Of a DNA stretch of 64,000 bases, positions 42,351 through 56,000 are shown piece after piece. The DNA comes from Eledone cirrhosa (taxonomy: Eukaryota): positions 176,018,001 to 176,082,000 of the forward strand of contig OZ024743.1 of assembly GCA_964016885.1 (NCBI GenBank), in the 5' to 3' direction. Position numbers and translations under genes: made by a program. A model generated the notes under the pieces. That model made no database searches. It was not told the DNA's origin and saw only the letters and a program-made list of their open reading frames with translations. Each line of letters starts with the position of its first letter. Within the stretch, counting starts at the first letter, position 1.

Positions 42351-45300
42351 TAGACACAGTAGCAGTAACAACAGCAGTAGTAACAGCAACAGTAGCAGTA
42401 GTAACAACATCAGTAACAGTAGTAATAACAGCATTAACATTAGACACAGTAGCAGTAACAACAGCAGTAGTAACAGCAACAGTAGCAGTAGTAACAACCC
42501 AGTAACAGTAGTAATAACACCATTAACATTAGACACAGTAGCAGTAACAACAGCAGTAGTAACAGCAACAGTAGTAGTAGTAACAACAGCAGTAACAGTA
42601 GTAATAACAGCATTAACATTAGACACAGTAGCAGTAACAACAGCAGTAGTAACAGCAACAGTAGCAGTAGTAACAACAGCAGTAACAGTAGTAATAACAG
42701 CATTAACATTAGACACAGTAGCAGTAACAACAGCAGTAGTAACAGCAACAGTAGTAGTAGTAACAACAGCAGTAACAGTAGTAATAACAGCATTAACATT
42801 AGACACAGTAGCAGTAACAACAGCAGTAGTAACAGCAACACTAGCAGTGGTAACAACAGCAGTAACAGTAGTAATAACAGCATTAACATTAGACACAGTA
42901 GCAGTAACAACAGCAGTAGTAACAGCAACAGTAGTAGTAGTAACAACAGCAGTAACAGTAGTAATAACAGCATTAACATTAGACACAGTAGCAGTAACAA
43001 CAGCAGTAGTAACAGCAACAGTAGCAGTAGTAACAACAGCAGTAACAGTAGTAATAACAGCATTAACATTAGACACAGTAGCAGTAACAACAGCAGTAGT
43101 AACAGCAACAGTAGCAGTAGTAACAACCCAGTAACAGTAGTAATAACAGCATTAACATTAGACACAGTAGCAGTAACAACAGCAGTAGTAACAGCAACAG
43201 TAGCAGTAGTAACAACCCAGTAACAGTAGTAATAACAGCATTAACATTAGACACAGTAGCAGTAACAACATCAGTAGTAACAGCAACAGTAGTAGTAGTA
43301 ACAACCCAGTAACAGTAGTAATAACAGCATTAACATTAGACACAGTAGCAGTAACAACAGCAGTAGTAACAGCAACAGTAGCAGTAGTAACAACAGCAGT
43401 AACAGTAGTAACAGCATTAACATTAGACACAGTAGCAGTAACAACAGCAGTAGTAACAGCAACAGTAGCAGTAGTAACAACAGCAGTAACTGTAGTAATA
43501 ACAGCATTAACATTAGACACAGTAGCAGTAACAACAGCCGTAGTAACAGCAACAGTAGCAGTAGTAACAGCAGCAGTAACATTAGTAATAACAGCATTAA
43601 CATTAGACACAGTAGCAGTAACAACAGCAGTAGTAACAGCAACAGTAGCAGTAGTAACAACCCAGTAACAGTAGTAATAACAGCATTAACATTAGACACA
43701 GTAGCAGTATCAACAGCAGTAGTAACAGCAACAGTAGCAGTAGTAACAACCCTGTAACAGTAGTAATAACAGCATTAACATTAGACACAGTAGCAGTAAC
43801 AACAGCAGTAGTAACAGCAACAGTAGCAGTAGTAACAACCCAGTAACAGTAGTAATAACAGCATTAACATTAGACACAGTAGCAGTAACAACAGCAGTAG
43901 TAACAGCAACAGTAGCAGTAGTAACAACAGCAGTAACAGTAGTAATAACAGCATTAACATTAGACACAGTAGCAGTAACAACAACAGTAGAAACAGCAAC
44001 AGTAGTAGTAGTAACAACCCTGTAACAGTAGTAATAACAGCATTAATATTAGACACAGTAGCAGTAACAACAGCAGTAGTAACAGCAACAGTAGCAGTAG
44101 TAACAACAGCAGTAACAGTAGTAATAACAGCATTAACATTAGACACAGTAGCAGTAACAACAGCAGTAGTAACAGCAACAGTAGCAGTAGTAACAACCCA
44201 GTAACAGTAGTAATAACAGCATTAACATTAGACACAGTAGCAGTAACAACAGCAGTAGTAACAGCAACAGTAGCAGTAGTAACAACCCAGTAACAGTAGT
44301 AATAACAGCATTAACATTAGACACAGTAGCAGTAACAACAGCAGTAGTAACAGCAACAGTAGCAGTAGTAACAACAGCAGTAACAGTAGTAATAACAGCA
44401 TTAACATTAGATACAGTAGCAGTAACAACAGCAGTAGTAACAGCAACAGTAGCAGTAGTAACAACAGCAGTAACAGTAGTAATAACAGCATTAACATTAG
44501 ACACAGTAGCAGTAACAACAGCAGTAGTAACAGCAACAGTAGTAGTAGTAACAACAGCAGTAACAGTAGTAATAACAGCATTAACATTAGACACAGTAGC
44601 AGTAACAACAGCAGTAGTAACAGCAACAGTAGCAGTGGTAACAACAGCAGTAACAGTAGTAATAACAGCATTAACATTAGACACAGTAGCAGTAACAACA
44701 GCAGTAGTAACAGCAACAGTAGCAGTAGTAACAACAGCAGTAACAGTAGTAATAACAGCATTAACATTAGACACAGTAGCAGTAACAACAACAGTAGAAA
44801 CAGCAACAGTAGTAGTAGTAACAACCCTGTAACAGTAGTAATAACAGCATTAACGTTAGACACAGTAGCAGTAACAACAGCAGTAGTAACAGCAACAGTA
44901 GCAGTAGTAACAACAGCAGTAACAGTAGTAATAACAGCATTAACATTAGACACAGTAACAGTAACAACAGCAGTAGTAACAGCAACAGTAGCAGTAGTAA
45001 CAACCCAGTAACAGTAGTAATAACAGCATTAACATTAGACACAGTAGCAGTAACAACAGCAGTAGTAACAGCAACAGTAGCAGTAGTAACAACCCAGTAA
45101 CAGTAGTAATAACAGCATTAACATTAGACACAGTAGCAGTAACAACAGCAGTAGTAACAGCAACAGTAGCAGTAGTAACAACAGCAGTAACAGTAGTAAT
45201 AACAGCATTAACATTAGACACAGTAGCAGTAACAACAGCAGTAGTAACAGCAACAGTAGCAGTAGTAACAACAGCAGTAACAGTAGTAATAACAGCATTA

Positions 45301-48300
45301 ACATTAGACACAGTAGCAGTAACAACAGCAGTAGTAACAGCAACAGTAGTAGTAGTAACAACAGCAGTAACAGTAGTAATAACAGCATTAACATTAGACA
45401 CAGTAGCAGTAACAACAGCAGTAGTAACAGCAACAGTAGCAGTGGTAACAACAGCAGTAACAGTAGTAATAACAGCATTAACATTAGACACAGTAGCAGT
45501 AACAACAGCAGTAGTAACAGCAACAGTAGCAGTAGTAACAGCAGCAGTAACAGTAGTAATAACAGCATTAACATTAGACACAGTAGCAGTAACAACAGCA
45601 GTAGTAACAGCAACAGTAGCAGTAGTAACAACCCAGTAACAGTAGTAATAACAGCATTAACATTAGACACAGTAGCAGTATCAACAGCAGTAGTAACAGC
45701 AACAGTAGCAGTAGTAACAACCCTGTAACAGTAGTAATAACAGCATTAACATTAGACACAGTAGCAGTAACAACAGCAGTAGTAACAGCAACAGTAGCAG
45801 TAGTAACAACCCAGTAACAGTAGTAATAACAGCATTAACATTAGACACAGTAGCAGTAGCAACAGCAGTAGTAACAGCAACAGTAGCAGTAGTAACAACA
45901 GCAGTAACAGTAGTAATAACAGTATTAACATTAGACACAGTAGCAGTAACAACAACAGTAGAAACAGCAACAGTAGTAGTAGTAACAACCCTGTAACAGT
46001 AGTAATAACAGCATTAACATTAGACACAGTAGCAGTAACAACAGCAGTAGTAACAACAACAGTAGCAGTAGTAACAACAGCAGTAACAGTAGTAATAACA
46101 GCATTAACATTAGACACAGTAGCAGTAACAACAGCAGTAGTAACAGCAACAGTAGCAGGAGTAACAACAGCAGTAACAGTAGTAATAACAGCATTAACAT
46201 TAGACACAGTAGCAGTAACAACAGCAGTAGTAACAGCAACAGTAGTAGTAGTAACAACAGCAGTAACAGTAGTAATAACAGCATTAACATTAGACACAGT
46301 AGCAGTAACAACAGCAGTAGTAACAACAACAGTAGCAGTAGTAACATCCCAATAACAGTAGTAATAACAGCATTAACATTAGACACAGTAACAGTAACAA
46401 CAGCAGTAGTAACAGCAACAGTAGTAGTAGTAACAACCCAATAACAGTAGTAATAACAGCATTAACATGAGACACAGTAGCAGTAACAACAGCAGTAGTA
46501 ACAACAACAGTAGCAGTAGTAACAACAGCAGTAACAGTAGTAATAACAGCATTAACATTAGACACAGTAGCAGTAACAACAGCAGTAGTAACAGCAACAG
46601 TAGCAGGAGTAACAACAGCAGTAACAGTAGTAATAACAGCATTAACATTAGACACAGTAGCAGTAACAACAGCAGTAGTAACAGCAACAGTAGTAGTAGT
46701 AACAACAGCAGTAACAGTAGTAATAACAGCATTAACATTAGACACAGTAGCAGTAACAACAGCAGTAGTAACAGCAACAGTAGCAGTAGTAACAACATCA
46801 GTAACAGTAGTAATAACAGCATTAACATTAGACACAGTAGCAGTAACAACAGCAGTAGTAACAGCAACAGTAGCAGTAGTAACAACCCAGTAACAGTAGT
46901 AATAACACCATTAACATTAGACACAGTAGCAGTAACAACAGCAGTAGTAACAGCAACAGTAGTAGTAGTAACAACCCAATAACAGTAGTAATAACAGCAT
47001 TAACATAAGACACAGTAGCAGTAACAACAGCCGTAGTAACAGCAACAGTAGCAGTAGTAACAACAGCAGTAACAGTAGTAATAACAGCATTAGCATTAGA
47101 CACAGTAGCAGTAACAACAGCAGTAGTAACAGCAACAGTAGCAGTAGTAACAACAGCAGTAACAGTAGTAATACCAGCATTAACATTAGACACAGTAGCA
47201 GTAACAACAGCAGTAGTAACAGCAACAGTAGCAGTAGTAACAACCCTGTAACAGTAGTAATAACAGCATTTACATTAGACACAGTAGCAGTAACAACAGC
47301 AGAAGTAACAGCAACAGTTGTAGTAGTAACAACCCAATAACAGTAGTAATAACAGCATTAACATTAGACACAGTAGCAGTAACAACAGCAGTAGTAACAA
47401 CAGCAGTAGTAGTAGTAACAACCCAGTAACAGTAGTAAAAACAGCATTAACATTAGACACAGTAGCAGTAACAACAGCAGTAGTAACAACAACAGTAGTA
47501 GTAGTAACAACCCTGTAACAGTAGTAATAACAGCATTAACATTAGACACAGTAGCAGTAACAACAGCAGTAGTAACAGCAACAGTAGCAGTACCAACAAC
47601 CCAGTAACAGTAGTAATAACAGCATTAACATTAGACACAGTAGCAGTAACAACAGCAGTAGTAACAGCAACAGTAGCAGTAGTAACAACACTGTAACAGT
47701 AGTAATAACAGCATTAACATTAGACACAGTAGCAGTAACAACAGCAGTAGTAACAGCAACAGTAGCAGTAGTAACAACCCAGTAACAGTAGTAATAACAG
47801 CATTAACATTAGACATAGTAGCAGTAACAACAGCAGTAGTAACAGCAACAGTAGCAGTAGTAACAACCCTGTAACAGTAGTAATAACAGCATTAACATTA
47901 GACACAGTAGCAGTAACAACAGCAGTAGTAACAACAACAGTAGTAGTAGTAACAACCCTGTAACAGTAGTAATAACAGCATTAACATTAGACACAGTAGC
48001 AGTAACAACAGCAGTAGTAACAACAACAGTAGTAGTAGTAACAACCCAGTAACAGTAGTAATAACAGCATTAACATTAGACACAGTAGACGTAACAACAG
48101 CAGCAGTAACAGCAACAGTAGCAGTAGTAACAACCCTGTAACAGTAGTAATAACAGCATTAACATTAGACACAGTAGCAGTAACAACAGCAGTAGTAACA
48201 ACAACAGTAGTAGTAGTAACAACCCAGTAACAGTAGTAATAACAGCATTAACATTAGACACAGTAGCAGTAACAACAGCAGTAGTAACAGCAACAGTAGT

Positions 48301-51300
48301 AGTAGTAACAACCCAGTAACAGTAGTAATAACAGCATTAACATTAGACACAGTAGCAGTAACAACAGCAGTAGTAACAGCAACAGTAGTAGTAGTAACAA
48401 CCCTGTAACAGTAGTAATAACAGCATTAACATTAGACACAGTAGCAGTAACAACAGCAGTAGTAACAGCAACAGTAGTAGTAGTAACAACCCTGTAACAG
48501 TAGTAATAACAGCATTAACATTAGACACAGTAGCAGTAACAACAGCAGTAGTAACAGCAACAGTAGCAGTAGTAACAACAGCAGTAACGGTAGTAATAAC
48601 AGCATTAACATTAGACACAGTAGCAGTAACAACAGCAGTAGTAACAGCAACAGTAGCAGTAGTAACAACAGCAGTAACTGTAGTAATAACAGCATTAACA
48701 TTAGACACAGTAGCAGTAACAACAGCAGTAGTAACAGCAACAGTAGCAGTAGTAACAGCAGCAGTAACATTAGTAATAACAGCATTAACATTAGACACAG
48801 TAGCAGTAACAACAGCAGTAGTAACAGCAACAGTAGCAGTAGTAACAACCCAGTAACAGTAGTAATAACAGCATTAACATTAGACACAGTAGCAGTATCA
48901 ACAGCAGTAGTAACAGCAACAGTAGCAGTAGTAACAACCCTGTAACAGTAGTAATAACAGCATTAACATTAGACACAGTAGCAGTAACAACAGCAGTAGT
49001 AACAGCAACAGTAGCAGTAGTAACAACCCAGTAACAGTAGTAATAACAGCATTAACATTAGACACAGTAGCAGTAACAACAGCAGTAGTAACAGCAACAG
49101 TAGCAGTAGTAACAACAGCAGTAACAGTAGTAATAACAGCATTAACATTAGACACAGTAGCAGTAACAACAACAGTAGAAACAGCAACAGTAGTAGTAGT
49201 AACAACCCTGTAACAGTAGTAATAACAGCATTAACGTTAGACACAGTAGCAGTAACAACAGCAGTAGTAACAGCAACAGTAGCAGTAGTAACAACAGCAG
49301 TAACAGTAGTAATAACAGCATTAACATTAGACACAGTAACAGTAACAACAGCAGTAGTAACAGCAACAGTAGCAGTAGTAACAACCCAGTAACAGTAGTA
49401 ATAACAGCATTAACATTAGACACAGTAGCAGTAACAACAGCAGTAGTAACAGCAACAGTAGCAGTAGTAACAACCCAGTAACAGTAGTAATAACAGCATT
49501 AACATTAGACACAGTAGCAGTAACAACAGCAGTAGTAACAGCAACAGTAGCAGTAGTAACAACAGCAGTAACAGTAGTAATAACAGCATTAACATTAGAC
49601 ACAGTAGCAGTAACAACAGCAGTAGTAACAGCAACAGTAGCAGTAGTAACAACAGCAGTAACAGTAGTAATAACAGCATTAACATTAGACACAGTAGCAG
49701 TAACAACAGCAGTAGTAACAGCAACAGTAGTAGTAGTAACAACAGCAGTAACAGTAGTAATAACAGCATTAACATTAGACACAGTAGCAGTAACAACAGC
49801 AGTAGTAACAGCAACAGTAGCAGTGGTAACAACAGCAGTAACAGTAGTAATAACAGCATTAACATTAGACACAGTAGCAGTAACAACAGCAGTAGTAACA
49901 GCAACAGTAGCAGTAGTAACAGCAGCAGTAACAGTAGTAATAACAGCATTAACATTAGACACAGTAGCAGTAACAACAGCAGTAGTAACAGCAACAGTAG
50001 CAGTAGTAACAACCCAGTAACAGTAGTAATAACAGCATTAACATTAGACACAGTAGCAGTATCAACAGCAGTAGTAACAGCAACAGTAGCAGTAGTAACA
50101 ACCCTGTAACAGTAGTAATAACAGCATTAACATTAGACACAGTAGCAGTAACAACAGCAGTAGTAACAGCAACAGTAGCAGTAGTAACAACCCAGTAACA
50201 GTAGTAATAACAGCATTAACATTAGACACAGTAGCAGTAGCAACAGCAGTAGTAACAGCAACAGTAGCAGTAGTAACAACAGCAGTAACAGTAGTAATAA
50301 CAGTATTAACATTAGACACAGTAGCAGTAACAACAACAGTAGAAACAGCAACAGTAGTAGTAGTAACAACCCTGTAACAGTAGTAATAACAGCATTAACA
50401 TTAGACACAGTAGCAGTAACAACAGCAGTAGTAACAACAACAGTAGCAGTAGTAACAACAGCAGTAACAGTAGTAATAACAGCATTAACATTAGACACAG
50501 TAGCAGTAACAACAGCAGTAGTAACAGCAACAGTAGCAGGAGTAACAACAGCAGTAACAGTAGTAATAACAGCATTAACATTAGACACAGTAGCAGTAAC
50601 AACAGCAGTAGTAACAGCAACAGTAGTAGTAGTAACAACAGCAGTAACAGTAGTAATAACAGCATTAACATTAGACACAGTAGCAGTAACAACAGCAGTA
50701 GTAACAGCAACAGTAGCAGTAGTAACAACATCAGTAACAGTAGTAATAACAGCATTAACATTAGACACAGTAGCAGTAACAACAGCAGTAGTAACAGCAA
50801 CAGTAGCAGTAGTAACAACCCAGTAACAGTAGTAATAACACCATTAACATTAGACACAGTAGCAGTAACAACAGCAGTAGTAACAGCAACAGTAGTAGTA
50901 GTAACAACAGCAGTAACAGTAGTAATAACAGCATTAACATTAGACACAGTAGCAGTAACAACAGCAGTAGTAACAGCAACAGTAGCAGTAGTAACAACAG
51001 CAGTAACAGTAGTAATAACAGCATTAACATTAGACACAGTAGCAGTAACAACAGCAGTAGTAACAGCAACAGTAGTAGTAGTAACAACAGCAGTAACAGT
51101 AGTAATAACAGCATTAACATTAGACACAGTAGCAGTAACAACAGCAGTAGTAACAGCAACACTAGCAGTGGTAACGACAGCAGTAACAGTAGTAATAACA
51201 GCATTAACATTAGACACAGTAGCAGTAACAACAGCAGTAGTAACAGCAACAGTAGTAGTAGTAACAACAGCAGTAACAGTAGTAATAACAGCATTAACAT

Positions 51301-53000
51301 TAGACACAGTAGCAGTAACAACAGCAGTAGTAACAGCAACAGTAGCAGTAGTAACAACAGCAGTAACAGTAGTAATAACAGCATTAACATTAGACACAGT
51401 AGCAGTAACAACAGCAGTAGTAACAGCAACAGTAGCAGTAGTAACAACCCAGTAACAGTAGTAATAACAGCATTAACATTAGACACAGTAGCAGTAACAA
51501 CAGCAGTAGTAACAGCAACAGTAGCAGTAGTAACAACCCAGTAACAGTAGTAATAACAGCATTAACATTAGACACAGTAGCAGTAACAACATCAGTAGTA
51601 ACAGCAACAGTAGTAGTAGTAACAACCCAGTAACAGTAGTAATAACAGCATTAACATTAGACACAGTAGCAGTAACAACAGCAGTAGTAACAGCAACAGT
51701 AGCAGTAGTAACAACAGCAGTAACAGTAGTAACAGCATTAACATTAGACACAGTAGCAGTAACAACAGCAGTAGTAACAGCAACAGTAGCAGTAGTAACA
51801 ACAGCAGTAACTGTAGTAATAACAGCATTAACATTAGACACAGTAGCAGTAACAACAGCCGTAGTAACAGCAACAGTAGCAGTAGTAACAGCAGCAGTAA
51901 CATTAGTAATAACAGCATTAACATTAGACACAGTAGCAGTAACAACAGCAGTAGTAACAGCAACAGTAGCAGTAGTAACAACCCAGTAACAGTAGTAATA
52001 ACAGCATTAACATTAGACACAGTAGCAGTATCAACAGCAGTAGTAACAGCAACAGTAGCAGTAGTAACAACCCTGTAACAGTAGTAATAACAGCATTAAC
52101 ATTAGACACAGTAGCAGTAACAACAGCAGTAGTAACAGCAACAGTAGCAGTAGTAACAACCCAGTAACAGTAGTAATAACAGCATTAACATTAGACACAG
52201 TAGCAGTAACAACAGCAGTAGTAACAGCAACAGTAGCAGTAGTAACAACAGCAGTAACAGTAGTAATAACAGCATTAACATTAGACACAGTAGCAGTAAC
52301 AACAACAGTAGAAACAGCAACAGTAGTAGTAGTAACAACCCTGTAACAGTAGTAATAACAGCATTAACATTAGACACAGTAGCAGTAACAACAGCAGTAG
52401 TAACAGCAACAGTAGCAGTAGTAACAACAGCAGTAACAGTAGTAATAACAGCATTAACATTAGACACAGTAGCAGTAACAACAGCAGTAGTAACAGCAAC
52501 AGTAGCAGTAGTAACAACCCAGTAACAGTAGTAATAACAGCATTAACATTAGACACAGTAGCAGTAACAACAGCAGTAGTAACAGCAACAGTAGCAGTAG
52601 TAACAACCCAGTAACAGTAGTAATAACAGCATTAACATTAGACACAGTAGCAGTAACAACAGCAGTAGTAACAGCAACAGTAGCAGTAGTAACAACAGCA
52701 GTAACAGTAGTAATAACAGCATTAACATTAGATACAGTAGCAGTAACAACAGCAGTAGTAACAGCAACAGTAGCAGTAGTAACAACAGCAGTAACAGTAG
52801 TAATAACAGCATTAACATTAGACACAGTAGCAGTAACAACAGCAGTAGTAACAGCAACAGTAGTAGTAGTAACAACAGCAGTAACAGTAGTAATAACAGC
52901 ATTAACATTAGACACAGTAGCAGTAACAACAGCAGTAGTAACAGCAACAGTAGCAGTGGTAACAACAGCAGTAACAGTAGTAATAACAGCATTAACATTA
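36360..53000. repeat. 8321-bp (~93-monomer) near-identical tandem duplication (~36360-44680 / ~44680-53000)
   Basis: Private markers recur at exactly +8321: AACGTTAG near 36531/44852, the 87-bp unit near 43336/51657, GATACAG near 44410/52731. ORF starts 38146/46467, 41991/50312 and 42847/51168 agree. Confidence 0.9.
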
Positions 53001-56000
53001 GACACAGTAGCAGTAACAACAGCAGTAGTAACAGCAACAGTAGCAGTAGTAACAGCAGCAGTAACAGTAGTAATAACAGCATTAACATTAGACACAGTAG
53101 CAGTAACAACAGCAGTAGTAACAGCAACAGTAGCAGTAGTAACAACCCAGTAACAGTAGTAATAACAGCATTAACATTAGACACAGTAGCAGTATCAACA
53201 GCAGTAGTAACAGCAACAGTAGCAGTAGTAACAACCCAGTAACAGTAGTAATAACAGCATTAACATTAGACACAGTAGCAGTAACAACAGCAGTAGTAAC
53301 AGCAACAGTAGCAGTAGTAACAACAGCAGTAACAGTAGTAATAACAGTATTAACATTAGACACAGTAGCAGTAACAACAACAGTAGAAACAGCAACAGTA
53401 GTAGTAGTAACAACCCTGTAACAGTAGTAATAACAGCATTAACATTAGACACAGTAGCAGTAACAACAGCAGTAGTAACAACAACAGTAGGAGTAGTAAC
53501 AACAGCAGTAACAGTAGTAATGACAGCATTAACATTAGACACAGTAGCAGTAACAACAGCAGTAGTAACAGCAACAGTAGCAGGAGTAACAACAGCAGTA
53601 ACAGTAGTAATAACAGCATTAACATTAGACACAGTAGCAGTAACAACAGCAGTAGTAACAGCAACAGTAGTAGTAGTAACAACAGCAGTAACAGTAGTAA
53701 TAACAGCATTAACATTAGACACAGTAGCAGTAACAACAGCAGTAGTAACAGCAACAGTAGCAGTAGTAACAACAGCAGTAACAGTAGTAATAACAGCATT
53801 AACATTAGACACAGTAGCAGTAACAACAGCAGTAGTAACCGCAACAGTAGCAGTAGTAACAACCCAGTAACAGTAGTAATAACACCATTAACATTAGACA
53901 CAGTAGCAGTAACAACAGCAGTAGTAACAGCAACAGTAGTAGTAGTAACAACAGCAGTAACAGTAGTAATAACAGCATTAACATTAGACACAGTAGCAGT
54001 AACAACAGCAGTAGTAACAGCAACAGTAGCAGTAGTAACAACAGCAGTAACAGTAGTAATAACAGCATTAACATTAGACACAGTAGCAGTAACAACAGCA
54101 GTAGTAACAGCAACAGTAGTAGTAGTAACAACAGCAGTAACAGTAGTAATAACAGCATTAACATTAGACACAGTAGCAGTAACAACAGCAGTAGTAACAG
54201 CAACACTAGCAGTGGTAACAACAGCAGTAACAGTAGTAATAACAGCATTAACATTAGACACAGTAGCAGTAACAACAGCAGTAGTAACAGCAACAGTAGT
54301 AGTAGTAACAACAGCAGTAACAGTAGTAATAACAGCATTAACATTAGACACAGTAGCAGTAACAACAGCAGTAGTAACAGCAACAGTAGCAGTAGAAACA
54401 ACAGCAGTAACAGTAGTAATAACAGCATTAACATTAGACACAGTAGCAGTAACAACAGCAGTAGTAACAGCAACAGTAGCAGTAGTAACAACCCAGTAAC
54501 AGTAGTAATAACAGCATTAACATTAGACACAGTAGCAGTAACAACAGCAGTAGTAACAGCAACAGTAGCAGTAGTAACAACCCAGTAACAGTAGTAATAA
54601 CAGCATTAACATTAGACACAGTAGCAGTAACAACATCAGTAGTAACAGCAACAGTAGTAGTAGTAACAACCCAGTAACAGTAGTAATAACAGCATTAACA
54701 TTAGACACAGTAGCAGTAACAACAGCAGTAGTAACAGCAACAGTAGCAGTAGTAACAACAGCAGTAACAGTAGTAATAACAGCATTAACATTAGACACAG
54801 TAGCAGTAACAGCAGCAGTAGTAACAGCAACAGTAGCAGTAGTAACAACAGCAGTAACAGTAGTAATAACAGCATTAACATTAGACACAGTAGCAGTAAC
54901 AACAGCAGTAGTAACAGCAACAGTAGCAGTAGTAACAACCCTGTAACAGTAGTAATAACAGCATTAACATTAGACACAGTAGCAGTAACAACAGCAGTAG
55001 TAACAACAACAGTAGTAGTAGTAACAACCCTGTAACAGTAGTAATCACAGCATTAACATTAGACACAGTAGCAGTAACAACAGCAGTAGTAACAGCAACA
55101 GTAGCAGTACCAACAACCCAGTAACAGTAGTAATAACATCATTAACATTAGACACAGTAGCAGTAACAACAGCAGTAGTAACAACAACAGTAGCAGTAGT
55201 AACAACCCAGTAACAGTATTAATAACAGCATTAACATTAGAAACAGTAGCAGTAACAACAGCAGTAGTAACAGCAACAGTAGTAGTAGTAACAACCTAGT
55301 AACAGTAGTAATAACAGCATTAACATTAGACACAGTAGCAGTAACCACAGCAGTAGTAACAGCAACAGTAGCAGTACCAACAACCCAGTAAGAGTAGTAA
55401 TAACAGCATTAACATTAGACACAGTAGCAGTAACAACAGCAGTAGTAACAACAACAGTAGCAGTAGTAACAACCCTGTAACAGTAGTAATAACAGCATTA
55501 ACATTAGACACAGTAGCTGTAACAACAGCAGTAGTAACAGCAACAGTAGTAGTAGTAACAACCCAGTAACAGTAGTAATAACAGCATTAACAGTAGACAC
55601 AGTAGCAGTAACAACAGCAGTAGCAACAGCAACAGTAGCAGTAGTAACAACCCAGTAACAGTAGTAATAACAGCATTAACATTAGACACAGTAGCAGTAA
55701 CAACAGCAGTAGTAACAACAACAGTAGTAGTAGTAACAACCCAGTAACAGTAGTAATAACAGCATTAATATTAGACACAGTAGCAGTAACAACAGCAGTA
55801 GTAACAGCAACCGTAGTAGTAGTGGTAGTAACAACAGCCGTAACAGTAGTAATAACAGCATTAACATTAGACACAGTAGCAGTAACAACAGCAGTAGTAA
55901 CAGCAACAGTAGCAGTACCAACAACAGCAGTAACAGTAGTAATAACAGCATTAACATTAGACACAGTAGCAGTAACAACAGCAGTAGTAACAGCAACAGT

